Source of the DNA: an uncultured Candidatus Poseidoniales archaeon
Lineage (GTDB): Archaea > Thermoplasmatota > Poseidoniia > Poseidoniales > Thalassarchaeaceae
DNA: 43,792 nucleotides
Reading direction: 5' to 3'
NCBI GenBank assembly: GCA_964441035.1
Contig: CAYYKF010000001.1
Coordinates: forward strand, 1 to 43,792
A program made the translations under genes and the position numbers. Each line of letters opens with the position of its first letter. Within the stretch, counting starts at the first letter, position 1. The notes beneath the pieces are model-generated. The model was given only the letters and a program-made list of their open reading frames with translations, had not been told where the DNA came from and made no database searches. Below, piece after piece: positions 1-8,301 of this stretch.

Positions 1-2984
1 GTGAAAGCATTCGATGAATAGGCCTCGGTCAGATTAACTTGCTCAATGCCACCTTCATTGAAAAGATGGAAATCAGTGATACTGATATCATTCTCAACTG
101 CATTTCCAACCAATGGTTCTAGCAGTGCACCTGCAGGCAATCCATTGACACCTGTATTGGATAGAGCGGATGCGTATACACGGACGCTTCGTGTATCATC
201 CCATTCAGGGTTCACTCGGAATCTCCATTTCAATTCCTTACCTGAAGACATGTCCAATGAAAGAGATTGTGCGGCCCTGAACTCAAGACGATCGTCGGGG
301 TCACTTTCTTCCCAAAATGTGTCATTGGATTCAGCCCAACGCAACTCAAGATTTCCAGTGGGGGTTTCAAACAACAAACTTGCCCCACCTAGAGTCTGTC
401 CAGTACTTGCTGAAACGTCGTGTGTTGAGACCATTTCAACAATGGATCCATTCGGATACAAACCTTCCAAACCTAGAGAATCAAGTGTGGACGAATAGCC
501 ACTTGTCGTCGAAATTGAAAGAGATGAAAGAGAAATTGCTCCACCCGAGTTACCAGAAACTAACATTGGAACAATGACATTGCTTCCCGGGGCTGCACCT
601 CCTTCACTAGCAAGAGCTACACCTTGGTTCAACTCTCTCGCTACATTGTTATCATCATTTATCGCTCGACTCCAGTCATATAGAATTTCCAAATTACGGA
701 AATTTACACTGTCCCCTGATATGGCGGTACCCGAATCAGCCTCAATCTTCAGCCTGAAAAGATACCATTCGTTCCCATAATTGTCAATCGCTGCCGTGGG
801 GACGGATGGATTGTCTAGGAGAGATTGAAGAGAGTTCTGTATTGAGATTAGTGGAGATCCAGGAGAAGGGGCCAAGATGGTGGTATCGGGCATCTCTCCG
901 AGGGGTACTTCTTCGCTACCACTGATGAGTGTCAGGTCGAACGCACCGACTGTGTTCTGATCAAAACTCATCTCGGCATAATTCACTGTTGCGCCCTTGG
1001 GTAGAAGGAAAGGAGCACCCTCACCTTCCAAAAGGATGTTCAGGGTAATTTCCCTCTCATCTGAACCTAGATTAACACCATCGAGAAGGCCACTGCGGAA
1101 CATATCTTGACGTCCAAAGTGGCCAAAGGCTGGATCATTCATCGCCCATTCAATATCTCCATCACCTGCGACATCAAGAGTGATACCTTCTGCATGATGA
1201 GCAAATCGAACGTCTGCATGGACTGAAAATACATCACACATTGTCGTATAATTGGCCATTAGTGCAAACCCAAATGTTGGGACTGAAAAATCTGACCAAA
1301 GATGATTTGTGGCCGAGATAGGAATCTGAGCATTGTTCAAACTCAATATTGTGATTTCAGATGGACCTCCACATGAATCTTCCACAACGGGTTTGATTGC
1401 AACTATCGGCATGGAAAAGGTGTTACGAATAAATCCGGGGGCAAACGATTCATCCTGAATCATGGAGGCAACCATCACATTGGACTCTTCTGACATGCTA
1501 GAAATCCATTTTCCGTTGCCCATAGATCCACCATAAACAGCAGCGGAATCCGTATTATTGAACGTGGTTCCAATTCTGCTACCTAGAGTAAATCCATGCA
1601 TTGTTGGAGAAGCAAGTCGTGCCGAACCCGAACCAAAATTTAACCTCAAATCAATCAATGGATATGTGTCAGCATTGATGTCCCACAGCTCAATTAAACT
1701 CCCTTGTAAATTTGACATCGGGTTGCCGTTGCGATCAATTACAACACTACCGTCACCGGCATCGAGTACGTCAACTCCAAAACTGGTTGATTGTGGCTTT
1801 TCCAAATCCATCTGCAACAATCCATATCCATCTGGGAATCCTGGTTGACCACTTGATTGAGGCGCGAAGGATGAGAGCAAAACTTCACCCTGAGCAGGAA
1901 GAGGGTCACCAACACGAACACTATCGACATACCACCCTGCGTTCATCATGTCCGCAGGAGGATTTCCATTGCGAGAGTTAACCTCCAAGATGAACATCAC
2001 TTGGACATACTGACCTGCGTGACGGTTTAGGCTAACCTCGATATGCGACCATCCTCCCGTAGCGGCATTTGCTACAGTAGAGCCATTTCCGGCAAGAACG
2101 TAATCGCCTGTACTTGGTCCATTTGCACCCAAATAGTTGCATTGCGAAGTAGGCACTTGATTAACAGTGGTCCCAAGTTGGTATAATCCGCCTTGTTGAG
2201 CAGAAATACCGGAGGTCCCACTAAGGTCAAAGGGTGCGTAAACAAGGGTATTCCAATCTTGATTATTCGATGAGTTTCGAACTGCTACATACGCACAATC
2301 ATCATAGTAATATGAAGTACCAGAACCGCGATAAAACATGGAATGGAATGAACCAAAGGAAAGCTCAGACTTTCCAGGAGTGACATAGAAGGATTCGCTA
2401 GTTAAGACATACTCATGGTGTGTTGTATCTGGAATCCACATTGTGTAATCTGCACCCATAAAATCAGTACCCCAGCACCAATTTCCTGTCGCACAACCTT
2501 GTGAAAGAGCAGGAGCATCGGTTTCGATGCCGTGTTCCCAGTTGGTCATGAATCCATTATCTGTACCAACAGTCCAACTCCTTGTATTTTCAAATCCTTC
2601 AAAATCAGCGTTGTAACCTAGGCTCGTGAGTTTGATGTAATCCTCACCATAAGTGAAATCATTTTGTGTAGAATATTGCGTTAATCCCGTGTTGTAAGTT
2701 GGATCCCAAATGTAATCCATCAGTGAAGAATCAACACGATCAAATGAATCGTGCTCTGCATAATCAGTACCTACGATTAGACCTGCTGAATTCACCGTTT
2801 CACCTGCTGGTAATGCAATACCTGCACTGAGATCATCGGCCCACACACCCTGATTCCGTAGTTCTACTGTGACATCACTATCGCCACTGGCAAACGTATT
2901 GACGGTTGCTGCATGAACCAGTGTGGTCGAGAATAGCATCATACCAATCATTGCTGCAGTCAAGATTCGCTTTCTTAGAGTCAT
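1..2984 (-). CDS. Large secreted surface protein, N-terminal 994 codons (3' end lies beyond the window start)
   Basis: Hand translation of the minus strand from ATG at 2984-2982 gives MTLRKRILTAAMIGMMLFSTTLVHAATVNTFASGDSDV... It stays open to position 3. The ORF track omits it because there is no stop in the window. It would have listed a stop-bounded ORF in this frame, and none is listed. The N-terminus is Sec-like (basic n-region, hydrophobic core, VHA|A). Composition is Thr/Ser/Asn/Gly-rich, typical of beta-rich proteins. The motif GWYVDSVRVG ends a ~360-aa N-terminal module. Confidence 0.75.
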   Translation of the reverse strand, partial: MTLRKRILTAAMIGMMLFSTTLVHAATVNTFASGDSDVTVELRNQGVWADDLSAGIALPAGETVNSAGLIVGTDYAEHDSFDRVDSSLMDYIWDPTYNTGLTQYSTQNDFTYGEDYIKLTSLGYNADFEGFENTRSWTVGTDNGFMTNWEHGIETDAPALSQGCATGNWCWGTDFMGADYTMWIPDTTHHEYVLTSESFYVTPGKSELSFGSFHSMFYRGSGTSYYYDDCAYVAVRNSSNNQDWNTLVYAPFDLSGTSGISAQQGGLYQLGTTVNQVPTSQCNYLGANGPSTGDYVLAGNGSTVANAATGGWSHIEVSLNRHAGQYVQVMFILEVNSRNGNPPADMMNAGWYVDSVRVGDPLPAQGEVLLSSFAPQSSGQPGFPDGYGLLQMDLEKPQSTSFGVDVLDAGDGSVVIDRNGNPMSNLQGSLIELWDINADTYPLIDLRLNFGSGSARLASPTMHGFTLGSRIGTTFNNTDSAAVYGGSMGNGKWISSMSEESNVMVASMIQDESFAPGFIRNTFSMPIVAIKPVVEDSCGGPSEITILSLNNAQIPISATNHLWSDFSVPTFGFALMANYTTMCDVFSVHADVRFAHHAEGITLDVAGDGDIEWAMNDPAFGHFGRQDMFRSGLLDGVNLGSDEREITLNILLEGEGAPFLLPKGATVNYAEMSFDQNTVGAFDLTLISGSEEVPLGEMPDTTILAPSPGSPLISIQNSLQSLLDNPSVPTAAIDNYGNEWYLFRLKIEADSGTAISGDSVNFRNLEILYDWSRAINDDNNVARELNQGVALASEGGAAPGSNVIVPMLVSGNSGGAISLSSLSISTTSGYSSTLDSLGLEGLYPNGSIVEMVSTHDVSASTGQTLGGASLLFETPTGNLELRWAESNDTFWEESDPDDRLEFRAAQSLSLDMSSGKELKWRFRVNPEWDDTRSVRVYASALSNTGVNGLPAGALLEPLVGNAVENDISITDFHLFNEGGIEQVNLTEAYSSNAF

Positions 2985-3065
2985 ATTACATCACTTCCAG
3001 ATGAACCACGTAGTGGTTCCGAGCCTGCGAACCTAGAGCCGCATATAACTTCGATGATTATGTGG

Positions 3066-3082
3066 GCGGCCCTACGGGCCGC
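3066..3082 (-). terminator. GC-rich 7-bp stem / GTA triloop hairpin 10 nt after the ThiI-like stop codon
   Basis: Minus strand reads TAG GGTGATGGAT GCGGCCC GTA GGGCCGC. The 7-bp stem is perfect and no oligo-T follows. It belongs to the same class as the hairpins at 24808-24824 and 36747-36761. Confidence 0.35.
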
Positions 3083-3092
3083 ATCCATCACC

Positions 3093-3761
3093 CTATTTAC
3101 CGTCCAATTTACGGGTTCTAAGATTGAATAAACACTGTTCGGCAAGGACCGAAATTCCACCATGTTTCATCTCATTATTACGAAGCCTGGTTAGGTCTGC
3201 CACTGTTGTTGGATGATCTGGTCCTAAAGCATCACATACTTCTGGTCCTGCAGAAATATCAAACGTACCCAAAGCCCGAGCATGGTCGATAATTGTCTGT
3301 TTGTCAAGCCCAAGTAATGGACGAAGAATTCGGATGGTACTTGCCTCTTCCACTGCTCCAATATTGCCGAGGGTTTGACTACTAACTTGACCAAGATTTT
3401 CTCCAGTCAATATTGCGCTGGCATTCACTTCAGATGCCACCTGACTTGCAATCGAATTGAAGAGGCGCTTCATGTGCACAAAATAATCGCGATGAGATTC
3501 TGGATTTGTGAAAAGTGCGAGTGTATTGCCAACCGTTACAACCCTCAAATCAGAATCTATGGATTCACTTGCATCTTCCAATGTGGAAATAAGGTGTGAT
3601 AAACTTGCAACTGTTTTGTCTTCTGCCTCGGTTCCTGTAATTGGTTCTTGAGAACAATGCAATGGGATGATTCGCCAACCAGCTCTAACCATTTTTGCAA
3701 CTGCGACTGGCGAATCAATACCGCCAGAGACCAGCGCGATACAGATGGGGCTGTCAGCCAT
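3093..3761 (-). CDS. thiI: ThiI-family PP-loop ATP pyrophosphatase (tRNA sulfurtransferase catalytic domain only; no THUMP or N-terminal domains)
   Basis: SGGIDSPVA PP-loop motif at the N-terminus. TGENLGQVSSQTLGN and RPLLGLDKQTII blocks are typical of the ThiI adenylation domain. At 222 aa there is no room for a THUMP domain. Confidence 0.8.
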   Translation of the reverse strand: MADSPICIALVSGGIDSPVAVAKMVRAGWRIIPLHCSQEPITGTEAEDKTVASLSHLISTLEDASESIDSDLRVVTVGNTLALFTNPESHRDYFVHMKRLFNSIASQVASEVNASAILTGENLGQVSSQTLGNIGAVEEASTIRILRPLLGLDKQTIIDHARALGTFDISAGPEVCDALGPDHPTTVADLTRLRNNEMKHGGISVLAEQCLFNLRTRKLDGK

Positions 3762-3860
3762 GACCGTGGCTAGGGATTGACCGTCATAATGGGATGGGTG
3801 GGTTCAGTACAACTGACAGCCTCAAGAAGGAGGAATGTGTAGAACCCATTGGAGAGCAAC

Positions 3861-4319
3861 ATGTCAACCCCCTATTCAACTGAATCAGTGACCAAGATGG
3901 ATGAGGTTTTTCCACAACACACAAATGCCTACAATACCCTATTTGGTGGTAGACTGATGAGTGTCATGGATACTGCTGCTGGTATGGCAGCAAGCAAATT
4001 CGCACATCGTGAATTCGTTACAGTTTCAGTCGATGCACTAAAATTCAAACGGCCAGCCTATCAAGGTGACATCATTGAAACAACCGCTACAGTAGTACAT
4101 ACAAGTACACATACCGCAGGAATACATGTTGTCGCAAAGAGACTAAATCGAAGTGAATGGGAGAGAGAAGAAATCTGCTCAGGGTTCTTCTTCATGGTGG
4201 CAATAGATTCTCAAATGCGCCCTATTCCAATTCCACAATTTGAGCCACAAACTGATGATGAAAAAGAAATGTGGCGTAGAGCTCAACAGGCACGTGATGC
4301 CATGCAGTCACAGAATTGA
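3861..4319 (+). CDS. Acyl-CoA thioesterase, hotdog fold (YciA/ACOT type)
   Basis: The segment PQHTNAYNTLFGGRLMSVMDTAAGMAASKF...VTVSVDALKFKRPAYQGDII is the classic acyl-CoA hydrolase signature. The track start at 3849 is TTG, so the ATG at 3861 is preferred. Confidence 0.8.
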   Translation: MSTPYSTESVTKMDEVFPQHTNAYNTLFGGRLMSVMDTAAGMAASKFAHREFVTVSVDALKFKRPAYQGDIIETTATVVHTSTHTAGIHVVAKRLNRSEWEREEICSGFFFMVAIDSQMRPIPIPQFEPQTDDEKEMWRRAQQARDAMQSQN

Positions 4320-4358
4320 TTGCGTTGCATTCAACAAGGGTGTGCAAGTCGACGTGCC

Positions 4359-5360
4359 ATGCCGGTTCTCAACATTGCATTGGTTGGTTCGGAAGATTTT
4401 GCCAAATCGCTGGGCAAGAAAGGTGATGTTCGCGATGTTGAATCATATGTTCACAAAGACGTAGTAGATGGCGAGGCTCGAATTCTGTCATTCATCAGGC
4501 CATTACGTCACCCTGAGAGGCTGAGGCCTTTGCTTAGTGTTCTAAATGTCGCCAAAGTTGGAATTGTAGAGATTTCATCAATCGATGCTGCCCTTGGAGA
4601 AATTCTAGTTGCATTCAGTACTGCTCAAATTAATCATGGACATGCTATCATTTCACCAATAGATGGAGGATGGGTAGATTCTGAACAAGTTAAACTAATT
4701 TTGTCACAAGCAGGACTCAAAGATTGGACTGTACACGAAGAATTACCCGATGAGCATGAGTTGCGGACTTCACTCTTCTCGTTGATGTCGTCATTAAAAG
4801 ATGAAAGAGATGCGGCAGAAATAGCACCACTAGTCATACCAATCGACCAACACTTCAATGTCAAAGGTGTTGGACTTGTCGCAATAGGCTATGTACAATC
4901 AGGTACCATTTCAAAACATGATGAAATCATTGCACTACCAGCCGGAGACAAAGGAATTACTCGCAGTCTGCAGGTCATGGATGATGACGTTGAGATGAGT
5001 CGAACTGGTGACAGAGTTGGAGTTGCGATTCGCAACCTTAGAGAAGAAGCACTGCACAGAGGTTGTGTACTTACTCATACTGATTCAGGAGCACTGTCGA
5101 AACACCAAACTTCAGAATTCTCACTATCAATAGCACCATTCCAGAAGAGAGTGTTATCTGTAGGTGACGTCATTCATGGAGCAATTGATTTACAATTCAT
5201 CGTTGGACGTATCATTTCTATTGATTCAGGAAGATTGGTTGTAGAGTGGGAGCAGCCACTATGGATTAGAACTAACAATTCAGATCCTCTAATAATCGTC
5301 CAACTCGATGCTGGAAACATGCGCATTATGGGTGTTGCCGAAAATTTGAGAATTGTGTGA
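4359..5360 (+). CDS. EF-Tu/SelB-like three-domain protein with a degenerate GTP-binding domain
   Basis: Domain II/III-like beta-barrel segment: VIPIDQHFNVKGVGLVAIGYVQSGTISKHDEIIALPAG...TGDRVGVAIRNL...RGCVLT. The P-loop position reads NIALVGSEDFAKSLGKKG instead of GHVDHGKS/T, and I see no DxxG or NKxD. The track start at 4320 is a TTG directly after the upstream stop, so the ATG at 4359 (MPVLNIALVG) is preferred. Confidence 0.65.
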   Translation: MPVLNIALVGSEDFAKSLGKKGDVRDVESYVHKDVVDGEARILSFIRPLRHPERLRPLLSVLNVAKVGIVEISSIDAALGEILVAFSTAQINHGHAIISPIDGGWVDSEQVKLILSQAGLKDWTVHEELPDEHELRTSLFSLMSSLKDERDAAEIAPLVIPIDQHFNVKGVGLVAIGYVQSGTISKHDEIIALPAGDKGITRSLQVMDDDVEMSRTGDRVGVAIRNLREEALHRGCVLTHTDSGALSKHQTSEFSLSIAPFQKRVLSVGDVIHGAIDLQFIVGRIISIDSGRLVVEWEQPLWIRTNNSDPLIIVQLDAGNMRIMGVAENLRIV

Positions 5361-5453
5361 TTCCGCACTTCCACTGACCTCACAAATTTGGGGTACGATG
5401 GTGATTGGCGCCGATAAACTGTATAAGCAGCAAGTGTCGCTGCTGCATTTGGG

Positions 5454-7322
5454 ATGACTCGACAGGATGGACCCTTTGGGGTCCAGCCCGAGCAGCGTGG
5501 ACATGAAATCCTCGCACCGCTCAGGCTGGCCGGTATGGAGGGACGAATCAAAGGCGTTCTTGATGAGAGGATGATCCTTTTTGAGCGAAGAGATGGAAAG
5601 GGACTTCGAATCGAACTCAATTCAATCCAGCGAGTTCGACATCACCATGTTCCAATTACACCCCCAGGAATCACTTGGTTGGGAGTCATTACAATTATTC
5701 TAGCAGCGCGTGTCCTCTCTGGTACGATTCAACTCTATGCTCTAGCTGTTGGGGCAATTACAATTTTCACATGGCTGATTGGTCGAAAGCCAGCATTGTG
5801 CATTGATACCAAGGCTGGAGACCGCCATATCTTACATGGTCGAGATAGCCTACTATTGCGTACACAGATGATGGTCAATCGTTTGTGTGATGGAAAGTCA
5901 ATTGAAGAAGCAAGGGAAGGCCTAGAGGAGTTACATCGACATTCAAATTATCCCATGATTCAACCACTTGAAGTTGTGCAGATGGGAACAACAACGATTG
6001 GAGGTCAAATCATCGAGGAAGCGGAACTTGTTCCTGAACCAGATGTATTCGATGAAGCCGATCTTGAACGTGCACTTGCAAACATGTACAACGGTCGAGA
6101 AGACAAGATACCTGAGCCACAACCTGCGAACGTTGTTACTGCAAGTCAAGCCACCGAATCTTTTGGATCAGATAGTCCGGCTGATCATGCTGGTCGAGGC
6201 CTATTAGACCGCGCGCGAGAATCACTCAATGAAACCAGAGAGAGTAATGAATGGTTCACTCCTTCACAAGAACCTACTCCAACACCACAAACAAATCCTT
6301 GGGAAAGGCCATGGGAACAAAAGAATGAGGTTGCAAGTAGTAATGCTGCAGAATCAGCATATCTTCGCGCATGGGGTAGGAATGAACCAGATTGGTATGA
6401 AGAAAGAGACACAGGTACCCGTATTCAATCTGCATTGAGTGAAGCAAAGGATGTAGGAGGATTATTCTCAGGTTCAATGTTTGATGAAACGGCTCCTTCT
6501 CAAACGACTGAAACTGGCATCTTTGGGAATTTGTTCGATGATGCTCCAATTTCAGAACCACAAACATACTCGCCCCTGCCAGAACCTGCACCCTTGCAGG
6601 AACCCGTTCCAACATGGTCGGGACAAGCCATTCATGATGCAAATGCAAGCACCTCTCTGGCAACAACTCTTCCGGAACCAACTGTTCATGCTCTACGTGA
6701 AGAATGCACACCTGGTCTGGTTGCTGCAGCACGAATGAGTCAATATGGAAGCGAAGAGAATGAAACACAATCTGCACCTCGTCGAGTGGAACAACAGATA
6801 TTGGCAGCATTTCCCGCATTGAGTGCGATGCTGAAATCAACACCTCCCGCGCGTCTTCAAAGCAACGCTGTTCAAAAGGAAGGGCGACTGGCTAGATTGG
6901 CCAAGCGTAGTATGGGAATGCTGAAATCAATGGAAGCAAAGAGGAATGCAGCAAACGCTAGACGTCCTGTTCAAATCAAAGGGGATGATTATGCCTCCAC
7001 ATATGGAGATAGTGACGGGTTTGCAGATGGAGAATATCGAGAAGTACCCTTGCGAAGTGGACAGATTCTACGCCTGAGAGCAGATCAAGACCATCAGGCT
7101 GAAATTGCAGATCGCATCATTTCGCTGTCTCAATCAACCGGTGGTGAATTTGCCGAAGATGAGGCAGGTGAACTTATTCAAAGATTGTCGGCGAGTGGAG
7201 ACCTTGAACCAATTGCAAATCTTCTCAAAGCGGCAGATAATAATCTGTCATTTTCCAATCTAGCTAGCACATCCCCTCCAAAGGAAGTACCTGGGCACCA
7301 TGGAATCTCGAGATTAGGCTGA
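5454..7322 (+). CDS. Hypothetical membrane-anchored protein with a long acidic/Pro-rich low-complexity region
   Basis: 622-aa ORF. It has two adjacent hydrophobic helices (ITWLGVITIILAARVLSG, LYALAVGAITIFTWLIG) flanked by short beta-like segments. About 350 aa of E/D/P/S/T-rich sequence follows, then a more ordered C-terminus. I recognised no family signature. Confidence 0.55.
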   Translation: MTRQDGPFGVQPEQRGHEILAPLRLAGMEGRIKGVLDERMILFERRDGKGLRIELNSIQRVRHHHVPITPPGITWLGVITIILAARVLSGTIQLYALAVGAITIFTWLIGRKPALCIDTKAGDRHILHGRDSLLLRTQMMVNRLCDGKSIEEAREGLEELHRHSNYPMIQPLEVVQMGTTTIGGQIIEEAELVPEPDVFDEADLERALANMYNGREDKIPEPQPANVVTASQATESFGSDSPADHAGRGLLDRARESLNETRESNEWFTPSQEPTPTPQTNPWERPWEQKNEVASSNAAESAYLRAWGRNEPDWYEERDTGTRIQSALSEAKDVGGLFSGSMFDETAPSQTTETGIFGNLFDDAPISEPQTYSPLPEPAPLQEPVPTWSGQAIHDANASTSLATTLPEPTVHALREECTPGLVAAARMSQYGSEENETQSAPRRVEQQILAAFPALSAMLKSTPPARLQSNAVQKEGRLARLAKRSMGMLKSMEAKRNAANARRPVQIKGDDYASTYGDSDGFADGEYREVPLRSGQILRLRADQDHQAEIADRIISLSQSTGGEFAEDEAGELIQRLSASGDLEPIANLLKAADNNLSFSNLASTSPPKEVPGHHGISRLG

Positions 7323-8297
7323 TTATAGTAAACCTATCATTCGCCTGAAACTATCCAATCGAGCATGGTAGTCTCCACGTTCCAATCCTGTCAAACCATC
7401 GGTTCCAAAGGAGGACAGAGTGAATGAAGCTGTGACCGTCGCGTGTAGTAGTGCAGAATGAAGTTCCTCTTGTGTGGGCTTAACCGATTCAGATTCGGAT
7501 AAATGTGTCAATAGTGCTCCTGCAAATGTGTCACCACATCCTGTTGGATCGACAACATCAGAAGTAGGAAAAGCTGGCAATACAATTAATCCATTATCAA
7601 ATAGAGTGACACTTCCATGTTCTCCTTTCTTGACGACAAGAATGCCAGGCCCTTTTCCTGCATCTTCCCCTCCTTCAAGACACGCACCCGAACGAATTGC
7701 TTGGGCTGCACGCACGAGATTGTCGTCCTTTGCAATCATGCGAACTTCCATGTCATTTAGAATGGCTAAGTCAACCCTTCTCAGTACATCTGAAAGTGCA
7801 TCAAATGCGATGTTAATCCACAAATTCATGGAATCCAGTGCGGTGAATTTTGCACCTTCGCACTGATCAAGAACCTGTGCCTGAATAGAAGGATGATTAT
7901 TCGCAAGGAAAAGCATACGTGGCGACCACCATGCTGCTGGAACCTTCGGATTGTAATCCTCCAACACATTTTGTTGTGTCTCGATCGTAATGGCCTGTGA
8001 CATATCGCCCTCATACCGGCCCTTCCAACGGAACGTTCGTCCACCGTCAATATGCTCAATCCCTCCAAGGTTAAGGCCTGCGCTCTTCAACAATTCGAGG
8101 TCGTCGGGATTGAAGTCATCACCAACCGCACAAACCAACCCAACTGGCAATATCCCACCTGGATCTGACCTGCGACTTGCATGGAACGCAGCAGAAAGTC
8201 CTGCGAAGGTACCCGACCCTCCTAAAGAATCCTCAACTGAGCCTGAATCAGTTTCTAAGTCATCATATGCCAAAGTGCCAACAATAACCACCTCCAT
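7323..8297 (-). CDS. PfkB-family sugar/nucleoside kinase
   Basis: GGSGTFAGLSA N-terminal motif and DPTGCGDTFAGALL anion-hole/catalytic motif of the ribokinase (PfkB) family. SD GAGGTGAT lies 3 nt upstream of the ATG. Confidence 0.85.
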   Translation of the reverse strand: MEVVIVGTLAYDDLETDSGSVEDSLGGSGTFAGLSAAFHASRRSDPGGILPVGLVCAVGDDFNPDDLELLKSAGLNLGGIEHIDGGRTFRWKGRYEGDMSQAITIETQQNVLEDYNPKVPAAWWSPRMLFLANNHPSIQAQVLDQCEGAKFTALDSMNLWINIAFDALSDVLRRVDLAILNDMEVRMIAKDDNLVRAAQAIRSGACLEGGEDAGKGPGILVVKKGEHGSVTLFDNGLIVLPAFPTSDVVDPTGCGDTFAGALLTHLSESESVKPTQEELHSALLHATVTASFTLSSFGTDGLTGLERGDYHARLDSFRRMIGLL

Positions 8298-8301
8298 GAT
8301 A

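Noticed and set aside
46-1981. Several 60-150-aa plus-strand ORFs at the left edge
   Set aside because: All lie antisense or out of frame within the 994-codon open minus-strand frame of the secreted protein.
5174-5620. 148-aa minus-strand ORF spanning the 5361-5453 gap
   Set aside because: It overlaps the ends of two better-supported plus-strand genes. Its sequence is Ser/Arg/Pro-rich.
6274-6843. 189-aa minus-strand ORF
   Set aside because: It is antisense to the 622-aa ORF. Neither has homology. The plus-strand ORF is three times longer and has TM helices and a coherent architecture.
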